From Chrysochromulina tobinii (Eukaryota), in contig JWZX01003049.1 in assembly GCA_001275005.1 (NCBI GenBank), forward strand, positions 1 to 32,025: a stretch of DNA of 32,025 nucleotides, written 5' to 3'. Below the pieces are notes generated by a model that saw only the letters and a list, made by a program, of their open reading frames with translations, ran no database searches and was not told the origin of the DNA. Below are positions 7,450 to 18,493 of the stretch, one piece after another. Numbering within the stretch: position 1 is the first letter of the stretch; the number at the start of each line of letters is the position of its first letter. Both the position numbers and the translations under genes were made by a program.

Positions 7450-10370
7450 CAGACCCAAGCTAGGTAATTACCTCCACCGTAGCTCTAGCTGGAGCCACGA
7501 ACATTAAGCTGCCAGGCCAAATGACATTGCTTGCCACTGAGCTCCTCCTAACCACCAGCTCAGTTGGAAAAGCAGAAGCATCAGCTTGCATGGTTACGTC
7601 GTGCTCCTACGGCCTCTCTTACCTCTCCGCTTCAACCAACAGTCGGTGCAGTTCCTTTGCCACTTTACGCTCTGCTACCGCGTACCATCTTCATCAGACG
7701 CCCTGGCGAGTGCTCTGCGAGAAGGCGGAAGCAACTTTCGACCGCCTGCTTCTGGTCATCTGGTGCGTGGTGGACAAAACCGAGCTTGTGATTCGCATCC
7801 TCAAGAAGTTTGAGCCTGATGATTCGCTCATCCACACGTTCGTGAAGAACAGCTCAAGAACAGCTCGAAGATCGTGAAGAACAGCGGCGAGCTACTCTTC
7901 GAACTGCCGCGATACGACTTATGCTTCGAGCTCTCCAGTGACAACCAACAGCTGTGGTCGAAGAACTTAATTGGCTTCTCCCTCACAGCAAGACTCAGCA
8001 GCTCAAGACGCTCCACGGCTTCTAGCAGTATCTCGTACTTGAGTCGGGCAAGCAGAAGATCCTCATTGTTCCGCGGGGCGACGTGGTGAGAGAAGGTGAG
8101 CGGGTCTTCATCGACGGATCGAGCGCGTGCGACGCCAAGCGTGAAGTCACTGAAGTGCATAGGTATGACGTGCACGAGCGTTTCAAGAGTCTCGAGTCGC
8201 CAGCTGGTCTACAGCTGGTCGGCACTCGGTACTAGCGCGCCTGCTGCTGGCCGCGCTTTCTGCTGCTACTGGCACGGTCGACCATATGCAGGCTCACAGC
8301 AGACCGGCGGAGAGCCGGAGAGTCGGCTATCGAGCTAGTGCGCCAGTGCTGGGTGAATCGTCCGCTCGATTGCGAAGAGAGCAAGCACAGCTCCAGTCCG
8401 TCTCCAACTTTAGCCAGCTCGTGCCCGCCCTTCCTTTGATCTGCCACGAGTTGTACATGAGCGCGCGTGAGATGAGTTTTCTACACGCCCCAGATGCTGA
8501 TCCCCCAGAGAAGCTGGCATTCAACGCGGACGGCGGACCCCGCGACGGAGTATACACACAGCGGAAGCAGGCTATGCAACTCAACGCGCACGAGATGTTG
8601 CGCCCTGACGAGGAAACGCGCTCGCTCGCGCACTTGGTGAGACCGCGCTCGCTAAAGAACCTCGAGCGCAATCTTGACGTCCTGCCTCCGAGTCGGAGGA
8701 GGCCACAGCAAGGTGATCCAAGAGACCGAGGAGACTTTGAAGGCGATGATCACGGAGTCGTCTACGGACTCTTGACCCATCGCTGCCTTTCCCCCTAGTT
8801 GATGTCGCAGACTTTGAAAGCACACAGCCCGGCAAGCACATGTTCACGGAGCTCCGCGATAGCTGGGGGGCGCACCAAAAGATGCTCTCAATCCAGCTTG
8901 CAGCGAAGCACACCATCCTGGCGGATCTCAAGAGACAGCGAGAGACGATTAGCGTCGTCTCGTGCATTCGGGTGCAATGTCCTGCCAACTTCAACATGCG
9001 CCGTGCCGCAAACCGTGTCCGGAATGCAAACCTGGTCCCGCACGTGACACTTCGTGACCTCGCCCGAGTATCGCCCGAGCAGCGCTCCACTCAGCCGAGC
9101 TGCTGCGCTTCAACCCGTTCCTCTCGGTATAGGGGCAGAAGCACAGTAAGGCACAGCTGCACGAGTGGGTGCTTGACTGGCTCAAGTACTGCGTGCTCGA
9201 AGACCAACTAGAGCGCATGCATTCGAGCGCCTTGGCAGCGGCCTCTGCCTCCGCCGCTGCCGCCTTCCAGGAGCTCAAGCGTGAGCTCGAAGAGATCGGG
9301 CGCGAATGGGAGGTGCATGTACACCCGGAGTGAGGAGTGGCTGGTCTTCAAAGTTGAGCAGTAGCTCAAGATCCGGCGGGTGCAGTACATGACAAGGGCA
9401 ATCCCTGTGCCGCTACTCAGCTCAGCATGGGCGAGGGCAAGACGCGCGTCATCCTCCCGATGCTTCAGCTGCACCTGCGCGGCCGGGCAAACTCGTGAGG
9501 ATGCACTTCCTCACTATTCCTCACAAAGCTCCTCGTCGAGGCTTACTTCTTCCTCCACCGTGGACACCTCACCGCCAGCCTGATGAATCGGCGGCTGTGC
9601 CTGCTGCCCTTCCACCGCAAGGTGAAGCTCACGATCAATGACGTGCTACGGATGTACCAAGGGCTGCTGCGCTGCGAGCGAAACGGCGGCGCTGTTTTCT
9701 TCACATCAGAGCACCGTCTTTCACTGCAGCTCAAGGGCCACGAGCTGCGCCTCTCTGAGAAGGGCAGCGGGGCTAATGCGGACAGCTTTGAGCGGATCCG
9801 CGCCAAGCTTGACCAGCTGCACAGCCTGCCGTACCACGATGTGAGAGCGACGAGGAGCTACGCCACCACACAGTTCCAGCTAATCTACGCATGGGGTAAG
9901 CTGCAAGCCTTTGCCGGCGGGGTCCGAGCGATGGATCGCAGCAGAGGCGCTCCTACGCGAAATCCAGCACAATCCTGAGGCGACGATAATCCTCGCCACG
10001 CCCGACGTCTCGAAGCGGCAGAAGCGGCAGCTAAGCGGCAGCCACTCTTCTGGCGCTTGGCCCGCAGGCGCAGGAGGCTGAGTACACGCTGTGGCTGTCC
10101 TCCGCTTCGCAGATGATTAACGATGAGCAGAGGCAGGCGCTCGACTCGGTTGACAAGCTCGATCTGACGAGCGAGCCGCAGCAGCTAGACATGCTCTTTA
10201 CCCTGTGCAAGTACAATATGGCTGCGGTCAACTTCTGGCTCAATAGCTGTGTGCTTCCGCGTGAAACAATGCAGTTCCCCAACCGCCTGTGGCCAACGCG
10301 TTCAACTTGACTGACAATCCCTCAGGCGAGGTGATCGGCTTCTCGGGCACCAAGGACAACAATCCTCGAG
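7450..10370 (+). pseudogene. Heavily disrupted DUF3638/DUF3645-family giant P-loop protein fragment
   Basis: Collinear motifs across shifting frames: EWLVFKVEQ*LKIRRVQY (about 9335-9388), QLSMGEGKTRVILPML (about 9418-9465), LLPFHRKVKL, EHRLSLQLK, ESDEEL...QLIYAWG, VNFWLNSCVLPRETMQFP, IGFSGTKDN (about 10334-10360). Multiple stops and frameshifts; boundaries approximate. Confidence 0.78.
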
Positions 10371-10455
10371 CGAACAGCTGTGTGTCTCAGACCAGCACGA
10401 TCGAGGGGAGGGTGGGTCGGAGGGTGGGAGGCAGCGTGTGAGACATATGGGCTAG

Positions 10456-10540
10456 GCTACATGGGGACGCTCACGGCTCACCCAGGCTGTCTGTGGGGGG
10501 CTGGGGGCTTGGGTACATGGGGACGCTCACCCAGGCTGCT
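10456..10540 (+). repeat. Short intergenic direct repeat
   Basis: tacatggggacgctcac...ccaggctg occurs twice (about 10458 and 10514). Confidence 0.7.
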
Positions 10541-10855
10541 GTGGCTGGGTTAAACTGAACAACCATGTCCTACCATGTCACGTGTGTGTGTCTGCGTGAA
10601 ACTGGTCCTACCGACAGTACACCGCGAAGCGCGCGCTAGCCCGCCCCTGTTTAGGGGCGGCATGGTGGCTGCTCACGCGACCACTCAGCACTGGCGATTA
10701 TCAGATCGCATGAACGTTTCACAGCGTACAGCAGCGTTGTACAGCGATCGATGAACGCGTCCCAAGAGAGACTGAGGTGCGTGTCTGTGAACTCCTCCTG
10801 GTACCAACTCACAGTGAAAAGGTCGTGCGTGCCCGGAACTTTCCTTCCCCGAAGC

Positions 10856-12424
10856 ATGCGGGCAACTGGCTCACTCGCCGCGAAAGGTTCACTCGCCGCG
10901 TCGCGTGCGAGCGTCTGTGCACGAGTGAGGCGCCTGTGCACGAGTGACACGCGCGGAGCTGCGCTGGGCGCGTACGGTGGAAAGGGTAGCAAGGGCAGCG
11001 GCAAGTCGCTCATGGGCTCGAAGGCACGTGGGCGAGGAGCGCACCTCACCATGGAAGAGCTTGCGGCCCTTGAGCGCGGCGAGCTGCAGGCTGACCTCGA
11101 TCTGGATGCGGGCGATGTGCTGATGGAGGTGCTGGCAGAGGACCATCGCCACAGGAAGGACTCGAGGAGCCTCGAGTTCCTCGAGGGCGGTTCCTCGAGG
11201 GCTGGTGGCGCCAACGACGAGGAGGTCCGGCGAGCTGAGCCGAGGATTGCGCATCGCCAATACCTCACAGACGCGGGCGTTGGGCCAGGTACCATGTTCC
11301 AGCGGCAGCAAGCCGCGCAGCAGCGGCGCCTTGAAATCGCCCAATCGAATGCATTCGACTACCACATGCCTCAGGAGGCGAAGGCAGCGCGCGAGCACGA
11401 GCGCCGTTCGCGGGCCAAGATGCGCGAGCACGACGTTGTGGAGAACCGCATTCAAGAGGCGATGTCGACTGGCGCGTTTGACAATCTGCCCGGGGCAGGG
11501 AAGCCTCTCAAGCGCGAGGAGAATGTCTTCGAGCAGATCTCCGGTGATGCGATGGCCCATCGGATTCTGAAGAACGCAGGCATCGCTCCGGGTTGGGTGG
11601 AGCAGCGCAAGGAGATCCGCGCCGCGCTCGCCAAGGCGCGCATCGAGCTCGCCCTCGACTGGGCCTCGTGCGTGCCCGTGTGGCCGCTGCCACCTCCGCC
11701 ACCCGAGATGGCTACGTTTGCCATCGGTACCGATGTGCAGCCCGCGTCGGCCGAGCCGAAGGTCGTCGATGCGGCTCCGCCCGGCGCCGCCAGCGGCGGC
11801 TGGCGCATCTACCGCGCCCCGGCAGAGCTCCAAGACACACCAGACCCCGATGCCACCAGGACTGCGGCTGCGGCGGACGCGGCGCCCAGGACGGCGGACG
11901 AGGCGCCAGTAGCGGCGACGGCCTCAGCGTCGGCTGCGGAGGAGGCAGAGCCCTCGGAGGATGAGCTCAAAGCCCGGGAGCAGGCAGCCGCGGCGGCCGC
12001 GGCACTGGCCAAAGCACAGGCCGCCGAGATGGCGAACGCGGCCGCGGCGAGCGGTCCACAGCCGTTACATTGGGCGGCGTCCATCGCACGCTTCCATGAA
12101 GAGCTCAAGGTCGTCAACAAGATGATCGACTCTTTCAACCTGAGCGTGCCTGCCTCGTGGCAACAGATACACAAGCTCCAGCCTGCAGCTGAGCTCACGC
12201 GCGCGCTCCACGAGGCGCCGCAGCGCGTGCAGGAGCTCAAGGCCGAGCGGCGCAGCCTACGCGCCGAGGCCGAGGCGCTCGCTGCCTCGTCGAGCAGCGC
12301 GGGCAGGAGCGCCATGGGAGCGGCTGCACTATTTGGCGGCGCCGAGCCCTCGTTTGCGGTGCGACAAGGGCCCTACTTCCCAAACGTCTTCGAGGCCTTG
12401 GCGTCGGCGCTGTTCTCGCGTTGA
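10856..12424 (+). CDS. DUF1992 (DNAJC28 conserved domain) protein, possibly mitochondrial
   Basis: VVENRIQEAMSTGAFDNLPGAGKPL...MAHRILKNAGIAPGWVEQRKEI, later VNKMIDSFNLSVP; Arg/Ser/Ala-rich N-terminus; no HPD J-domain seen. Confidence 0.82.
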   Translation: MRATGSLAAKGSLAASRASVCARVRRLCTSDTRGAALGAYGGKGSKGSGKSLMGSKARGRGAHLTMEELAALERGELQADLDLDAGDVLMEVLAEDHRHRKDSRSLEFLEGGSSRAGGANDEEVRRAEPRIAHRQYLTDAGVGPGTMFQRQQAAQQRRLEIAQSNAFDYHMPQEAKAAREHERRSRAKMREHDVVENRIQEAMSTGAFDNLPGAGKPLKREENVFEQISGDAMAHRILKNAGIAPGWVEQRKEIRAALAKARIELALDWASCVPVWPLPPPPPEMATFAIGTDVQPASAEPKVVDAAPPGAASGGWRIYRAPAELQDTPDPDATRTAAAADAAPRTADEAPVAATASASAAEEAEPSEDELKAREQAAAAAAALAKAQAAEMANAAAASGPQPLHWAASIARFHEELKVVNKMIDSFNLSVPASWQQIHKLQPAAELTRALHEAPQRVQELKAERRSLRAEAEALAASSSSAGRSAMGAAALFGGAEPSFAVRQGPYFPNVFEALASALFSR

Positions 12425-13074
12425 ACTTCCCTATGCGGTCTCACGCCGCGCATATCGGGAAATGTTTACCGCGCGAATGAATTGGAAATGTCCTAGTGGC
12501 CGGGCTCGCACGCAATTGCTCGCACGGCTGGTGGGGCGGAGTTGCTTCTTGTCGGGGTAAACGAGAACAATAAGGACGAATTACGAATCCGAACCCCGTG
12601 CGGTGTATGCTGTATCCGTCGGTCCGGTCCAATCTCGCAAAACGCATGCGCGAAGACCGACCCGGCACGACGCACATCCCACCCCACCTCTGTATGTCAG
12701 CTGTCTCCTCGCGTCGCCGGCTGTATCACAAGACACAAGCCGGCGCGAAGAGAGCCTTTCTCTGAGAGACGCGGATTACCCGTAGTTGTGCGTCCTCGTC
12801 CTGGCGCCGTCGGTCTTCCCTGGCGCGCGATTACATGTAAGGAGCCGCGAACCGGTTGAGGTGCACGTTGGGTCCTACCGTACGCTGTTATGCTCCGGCC
12901 TCGCGAGTCGCGTACGTTCATCGTTGCTCCCGTCCTCCTTGACGCCTTTTTCTTTTCTTGCGTGACGATGCCAAATCCCAACTCGTCATCCCGCCGCGTT
13001 CGCGTCGCATCGTCGGACGGCAACGCTGCGCTGCTATTCGCAGCTGGCTCGCGATGCCTTCGTGTTCGTGGCCA

Positions 13075-15324
13075 TTACGTAAAGTCGAATTTGACCTGCA
13101 GCACATAGCGCTGGCGCACCTGGCTCGTGTCGTACACGATGAACTCGTTGTACAGTAGCGAGGTCGGCTGGTCGCCGAGCACGGTGTTCTTGGCGCCCTT
13201 GCCGAGCGGTACCTTGACGTGAGGCTCGCCGGGGAGCGTCGTATCTTCAGACGGATCGGGCGCCGTGCGGCCCTGGCCCCAGGTCGAGTCTGCCTTGGCC
13301 TTGCGGCACGACTTCTCGGCCTCGTACTCGGCGGCTGTGCGTACGTATTGTTGGCCAAGCGCCACCTCGGAGAGAAGCATCACGGCCGCCGGCTCCTGGC
13401 GCGAGGCGAAGCAGTAGTTGGCGCTCTTGCTCGACATGTCGGCGAAGTAGACGCCCTTGCCGAACATGTAGCCCGTCGACGGCGCCTCGGGCGGCGCGAT
13501 GCGCAGGCCCTGTGAGATGATGCCACACCAGTTCGTCAGGCGCGAGCCGTGCCAAAGCAGCTGCCGGTTTCCGATGGCGGAGGTGAACCTGGCGGCCTCG
13601 CCCTCTCGCTCAATCTCGAAGGCTTGCTCGAGCACGAGCGAGTACGTGTTGTGCGTGCTCGCGTGCGTGTTCTGAAGGTACCGGTTGAGGAGCGCGTGCA
13701 GCGGCGAGCCCTTGTCGATGGGCGTGAGCTGCGCCTTGAGCTGCGCGTAACGCGCGTCGACTGGGTGCACGTCGCAGCCGAGGCCCTTGGTGTCGATGAC
13801 GCGTGAGGCGAGCTCGATCTCACCGAGGGCCTCGAGCATGTCGATCTTGTCCTTGAGCATCTGCGCCGTCTCGATTGGAGGCAGCCGTTGGCGCTTCTCG
13901 GTCGTGTGCGGGATCACGCTGTAGAAGCGGTTGGAGAGCTCGACGATCTGCTTGTACGCGGGCGAGGAGGCATCGACGTCGACGGCGCCCATGCTCTTGC
14001 CCTCGAGCTGCTTGCCCGAGGCACCGCCCGCGACGGCGCCGCCATTCGAACGGATGACCTCCCCAAGCTCCCGGAGTGCCTCGTACCCGTCCAGGATGGT
14101 CTTCTTCTTGAGCTTACCCAGAGGCATCTTGGCCGGGTCGAAGCCGATCTCGCGCATCGTGCGCTCCATCATGCGGATGTCGGCGATCTGAGCGACAAAG
14201 CTCTGCACGCGCGGGTCGAGTTTCGACTCGACGGGCTTTGGCGGCGCCAACGCCGGCGCGTCCGTGGACGCCGCCGCAGAGGTCTTCGCCGCGTCCTCGG
14301 CGCCGTCCTCGGTGCCGTAGTCGCGCTCGATGAGGGTGTACTTGCCGGCGACCGGCTCGAAGTCGTGGCGCTCCTGCCACTTGTTCTTCGTCTTGTCGTG
14401 GAACTTAGACTCGAAGTCTTTCTTCGCTGGGCCGAGGCCCATCGGGCCGCGGCACGCGTTCTGGAGATTGCGTTCCTCACCCACACGGCCCCAGCGGTTC
14501 CACGTGTAGTACTGGGGCGGCGTCGCGTCCGTCTCGAGCAGCTGGATGATGTAGTATTTGTTCTTGTTCTGCCCAATGTCCGTCTGGTTGAGCAGCGCGT
14601 CGAACACGTTCTTGCCGTCGTCGTACACATGGCATGCGTTTGCATGCGGGCAAGAGGCGTCGACCGCCGCGCGCCCTTTGACGACCTCGGTGCGCACGCC
14701 GTCGGAGGACCCGCCGCCCGTGCTCGTGTATCGCACCTGGCTCACGCCACCCGCCTTGACCGACTTGGCGCCGACGACCGCGCTGCCGCCCGTGGCCATG
14801 GCCGGTGGCGGCGGTGCGAGTGCCTTTGCAGTCGGTGCGGCGGTGGCGCCCATGCTTTTGGTCCCGCCGCCCGGGAGGTGAGCGGGCTTGGGCGGTGGCT
14901 GTGCCGGTGGATCACCGTTGGCCATGCGGCACACCGGCCGCTGCAGCTTGGCGTTGTCGAGTCGATACTGGAAGAAGTGGAGCACGGACGAGCTTGCGGG
15001 ACCGGAGCCACTCAGGTCGACGCGGTGGTAGTCGCTAATCTTCTCCTCCTTGGCACCCGCTTTCAAGGCCGCCTCGAGAGCGGCAGTGACATCCGGGGGG
15101 TATGGCGTCCACTCGCGCTCAGTTGGGCTCTTGTCGCTCGCCCAGAACCAGGCCGCGGCGCCCACCTTCACTTTCTTGGATTCCTGATCATCATCAGCGT
15201 CAAGGTCGATCGGTTTTCGCTTCTTGTTCGCCTCTGCGAGACGCGCGACGAGGTCCGCCTTGAGTCCTGAGGTGTCCTCGCCAATCGCGGCGAGTTCGGC
15301 GCGCAGCTCTGCCACAGTCGGCAT
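13075..15324 (-). CDS. PARP: Poly(ADP-ribose) polymerase, PARP2-like: SAP-WWE-WGR-regulatory-catalytic (749 aa)
   Basis: SAP TVAELRAEL...GLKADLVARL; WGR LNQTDIGQNKNKYYIIQLL...RWGRVG; regulatory KMPLGKL...LSNRFYSVIPH; catalytic LLWHGS, GYMFGKGVYFAD, LLYNEFIVY (H-Y-E triad). Confidence 0.95.
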   Translation of the reverse strand: MPTVAELRAELAAIGEDTSGLKADLVARLAEANKKRKPIDLDADDDQESKKVKVGAAAWFWASDKSPTEREWTPYPPDVTAALEAALKAGAKEEKISDYHRVDLSGSGPASSSVLHFFQYRLDNAKLQRPVCRMANGDPPAQPPPKPAHLPGGGTKSMGATAAPTAKALAPPPPAMATGGSAVVGAKSVKAGGVSQVRYTSTGGGSSDGVRTEVVKGRAAVDASCPHANACHVYDDGKNVFDALLNQTDIGQNKNKYYIIQLLETDATPPQYYTWNRWGRVGEERNLQNACRGPMGLGPAKKDFESKFHDKTKNKWQERHDFEPVAGKYTLIERDYGTEDGAEDAAKTSAAASTDAPALAPPKPVESKLDPRVQSFVAQIADIRMMERTMREIGFDPAKMPLGKLKKKTILDGYEALRELGEVIRSNGGAVAGGASGKQLEGKSMGAVDVDASSPAYKQIVELSNRFYSVIPHTTEKRQRLPPIETAQMLKDKIDMLEALGEIELASRVIDTKGLGCDVHPVDARYAQLKAQLTPIDKGSPLHALLNRYLQNTHASTHNTYSLVLEQAFEIEREGEAARFTSAIGNRQLLWHGSRLTNWCGIISQGLRIAPPEAPSTGYMFGKGVYFADMSSKSANYCFASRQEPAAVMLLSEVALGQQYVRTAAEYEAEKSCRKAKADSTWGQGRTAPDPSEDTTLPGEPHVKVPLGKGAKNTVLGDQPTSLLYNEFIVYDTSQVRQRYVLQVKFDFT

Positions 15325-15619
15325 TTGCGCTCGTGTGCGGCGCGAGCGCTCGTGGATCCGCTCGTGTGTGCGCGCCGAAGCACCACGCTGTGCTGTGAAC
15401 ACTCGCCGCGAGCGCGGTGCTGCTCCGTGTCTCAAGGGGTCAAGTAAGGTGTGTGTATTCTGAGCGGGCAGTAACAGTGCCGTAGCACCGGTTGTCGCGT
15501 CTTTCGTGTTAACGTTCACACGAACACGCACGTCCACCCCCACACCCTTCACCAAGGTAAACAGGGACCCACACCTCAAGTCATTGTCGCGATGGGAGGC
15601 TTGTGATCAGACTATAAGA

Positions 15620-16897
15620 TCAGACATGCTTAGCTCCTTGATTGAGCGGTTTGAGCTCGCTTTTCTCGCTTCTGAGCTGCACGTACTGACGCATCGCAAA
15701 AGGCGGCGGCAACCGCTCAAGTGGCACGCCCTGCAACGCAATACGATACAGCGAGCCGAAGACTGTGGGCGCAGCCTCAATGCGTGGAATGGCAGCGTAC
15801 ATGCTCCCATAGATCGATTCAAACATGTGGTACGCCATGCGGCCGTAGAATGCATGCGCAACCGCCCCCCGTCCCCCCGTCCGGTCGCACCGAAGGTCGA
15901 CACCAACCCTCGAGCAGCGCAAGTCGGAGGAGCTGCATCCCAGCTGCTCATCAGTCAGTTTGATCGCGGGTAGCCCGTCGTGCCGAACATCAAGCTTCAG
16001 CTCGTGGCTCCGATGCTGTTGCATGTGCTCATGGCGCGTCATGCCGAGTGCATGGCCGTTAGCATGGCCGTTGGCATGGCCGAGAGCTCCCCCCCTTCCG
16101 CTGCCCTCTCCCTGAGGATGCGATGGCGTCCCATCGGGTCGAGTCCCATCGACGCCGCCCGGCTGCTCTAACGGCTGCTCCGAAAGCCGCAGAGATTTGA
16201 TATGGAAGAGGTTGGTGCACTTGTAAGACTGATGCAGAGATGTGCTGTGCGGCGTGAAGCTCTGCGCCCCCGCGAAGCAGTACACGGAGAGGCGGCCCGA
16301 GGCAGCAAAGTGCTTCTTGATGGGCGGGTTGAGAACGTCCGTGATGGCCCATGGCACACGACACGGCACCGGCGTGTTGTTCGACGAGTAGCAGCAGATC
16401 TTGTGCCGTGCCCTCGTGCCGCATCGACGCGTGAGCTGCTGCCGAAACACCGTCCACACCTCCATCATGAAGGCGCTCCCATTCCGCGCAGCAGCAAAAT
16501 TGCTGACGAAATGTTGCTGGCACTCGTGCTCGGTGGTAGGAGTAGGGTCATCTTTTGACCCGTCTTTGGAGATGTAGCTGACGATCTCGTACTGATCCAA
16601 CAGCTTGCGTATTGGGCCGAGCGAGCGGGTGACCAGAAAGTCGAGGTCTGCATACAGGCCGCCGTGCGTCGCGAGCAGGGCCATACGCGCAAAGTCAGAA
16701 GCGGCGACAGCGTACGGGATTCGATCGAACTCTGGCGGAAGATGGACGTATAGGTGGAGGCTGCTCCGGTTCACCGTCCTAATTTCAAAGTCGCGGCCTG
16801 CATGGTGCTGGAAGAGAAGAAGGTGGAGCTGCAAGTAGCGCGGCATCACTGCGTACTCTGACCAGACCCACAAGGGAAGTGGCGACAACGCAGACAT
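15620..16897 (-). CDS. DXD glycosyltransferase (GT32 / capsular polysaccharide synthesis-like)
   Basis: SDFARMALLATHGGLYADLD motif, preceded by WVW...PRYLQL...FEIRTVN; Cys-rich C-terminal part. Confidence 0.8.
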   Translation of the reverse strand: MSALSPLPLWVWSEYAVMPRYLQLHLLLFQHHAGRDFEIRTVNRSSLHLYVHLPPEFDRIPYAVAASDFARMALLATHGGLYADLDFLVTRSLGPIRKLLDQYEIVSYISKDGSKDDPTPTTEHECQQHFVSNFAAARNGSAFMMEVWTVFRQQLTRRCGTRARHKICCYSSNNTPVPCRVPWAITDVLNPPIKKHFAASGRLSVYCFAGAQSFTPHSTSLHQSYKCTNLFHIKSLRLSEQPLEQPGGVDGTRPDGTPSHPQGEGSGRGGALGHANGHANGHALGMTRHEHMQQHRSHELKLDVRHDGLPAIKLTDEQLGCSSSDLRCSRVGVDLRCDRTGGRGAVAHAFYGRMAYHMFESIYGSMYAAIPRIEAAPTVFGSLYRIALQGVPLERLPPPFAMRQYVQLRSEKSELKPLNQGAKHV

Positions 16898-17556
16898 CGA
16901 AAAAGGTTCGTAAACGGACAGGGGAGATCGTGTCAGTTCTCAGTTGTCGGGCACGGTTTCCTCTCGCGTTCCTATTTGGCATTATGCATGCTCAAGTTAC
17001 ATGTCGTAAAACAATTGCCTGGCTTGCGGCAACGCCTCAGCAGGCCGCTCAGGACTCCGTGGATGCGATGCGTAGTGGGGACCCAAGCTCTTCCAAGGCC
17101 ACACGACGGAGGAGCCAGCGCAAGCCCGCGCGCGCACGACATATTTTACTCGCACACAGACACACGGTCCCGGTCACTTGCACACGCTCGGCTGCCTCGT
17201 CCCCTCCGCCCTCCGCGCATCGGCGCGCGGACGGGACGAGCGGTGGCTCGTGCGGGTGCCGGGTCCCACGCGCGACGGGAGGTGCGCCGAGGCGTGCGGG
17301 GTGCGGGGGCTGCGGGCGTGCGGCGGTGAGCGAACGTTGAAGGGAGAAGCCAGTTCCAGCCAGAAGCGAGAAGGGGGCTTGACGACCCGTAAGCGTTTTT
17401 TCGTCACCAAAACAAAGCACAGATTCAGCACCTATTTATCCGCGCGCGCTAGCTCGCTCGACGCGCTAGCGGGTAGTTGCCATCCATGTGGGCCCCGTTC
17501 TAGAGTATCATTCTGTGCTGTCGGGCAGCCCACACGCATGCTCTCTCTCTCTCTCT

Positions 17557-18222
17557 CTAATCATCCTCCTCCTCCGCGGCGTTCGCCTCCGCAGGAGTCT
17601 CCTCCTCCTCGAGCAGACCATCGGGCAAGTGCGTAGAGATCACCTACGCTCAGAAGATGCGCACATGGCGATGGTTTGAGTGGGCGGGACTGACAAGGAA
17701 AAGCGCTGCGTGGGTCTCAGTGTGCGGCTGGGCTCCGTGGCGCACGCGCGCGCCTTTTGGATCAAAGGCACGTTTACGCCCACAATCGGCTCGGCCACCA
17801 GCTCGCCACCGTTCAAGGCAATGATCGTCGGCCTCGCCTCTTCCTTGTATCTCTCAAACAACTTCTGCTCGTCGGGACTGGAGTAGTTCTCGTTCTTCAA
17901 GTTGGCGCACATCTTCCACAGACGCAGCTTCTTGAACTCACACACATAACTGATGTGAAAGTTCGAAAGCGGGTTCTTCATCGCGTCCGAGGGGCCGCAC
18001 CACTCCGCATAGATCTCCACAACTGCGCGCACAAGCATGGACGCGGAGCACGGATCGCTGAGTCAAGTCGTGGAGGAACTGCGCGCAGGAGAGGCGCCAG
18101 CTTAAGTTGTAGGCGAGCGCACTGTGGAGCATGCCCTCGCTAGCCGCACTGCCGTAGATCTTGTTCCACTTCTCGACCGTGTCGATCTGCTGAAACGTGG
18201 GACCATCGACTGAGAAGCCCAT
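17557..18222 (-). CDS. Thioredoxin-like protein (WCGPS), resembling flagellar dynein light chain/NME8-9 type; exons 18222-18123, 18022-17754, 17643-17557 (151 aa)
   Basis: Spliced: MGFSVDGPTFQQIDTVEKW...MLHIVEIYAEWCGPS...RPTIIALNGGELV...IVGVNVPLIQKVISTHL + acidic tail. Intron 1 GT-AG (18023-18122), intron 2 GC-AG (17644-17753). Confidence 0.8.
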
Positions 18223-18493
18223 AAAACAACGTTCGTTGTGATCCTTGGAACGTCCCACGCGCGTGTGTGAATGTTAACACTGTATCTCAGTACTTTCATC
18301 GCTGCTCTCATCACTGTGCTCTCCCACCCGGGGGCACTCATGCAAAAACAAACGTTCGTGATCAATACGACGCGGCCCGCCACCGCAGGATGGCCGGTGA
18401 CCTCTGTCCGGCGCTCGTCGGTACGACGCCCGTGAAGATTTGTTACGTGCGCGAAACTGACGGGCAAATACCTTTCACTCTCACGAGCGAGAT

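Noticed and set aside
7450..10370. Pseudogene as the transposase or RT that mobilises the introns
   Set aside because: No DDE, RT (YxDD) or HUH motifs seen; the motifs fit DUF3638. No mobilising enzyme was recognised anywhere in the window.
12697..13023. 108-aa minus ORF downstream of PARP
   Set aside because: No motif or clear codon bias; probably 3' UTR or intergenic.
13888..15270. 460-aa plus-strand ORF and similar long antisense ORFs (e.g. 19841-20866, 10889-11833)
   Set aside because: Expected shadows of GC3-rich genes on the opposite strand; no recognisable motifs.
17541..17558. (CT)n microsatellite
   Set aside because: Ordinary simple repeat just past a stop codon.
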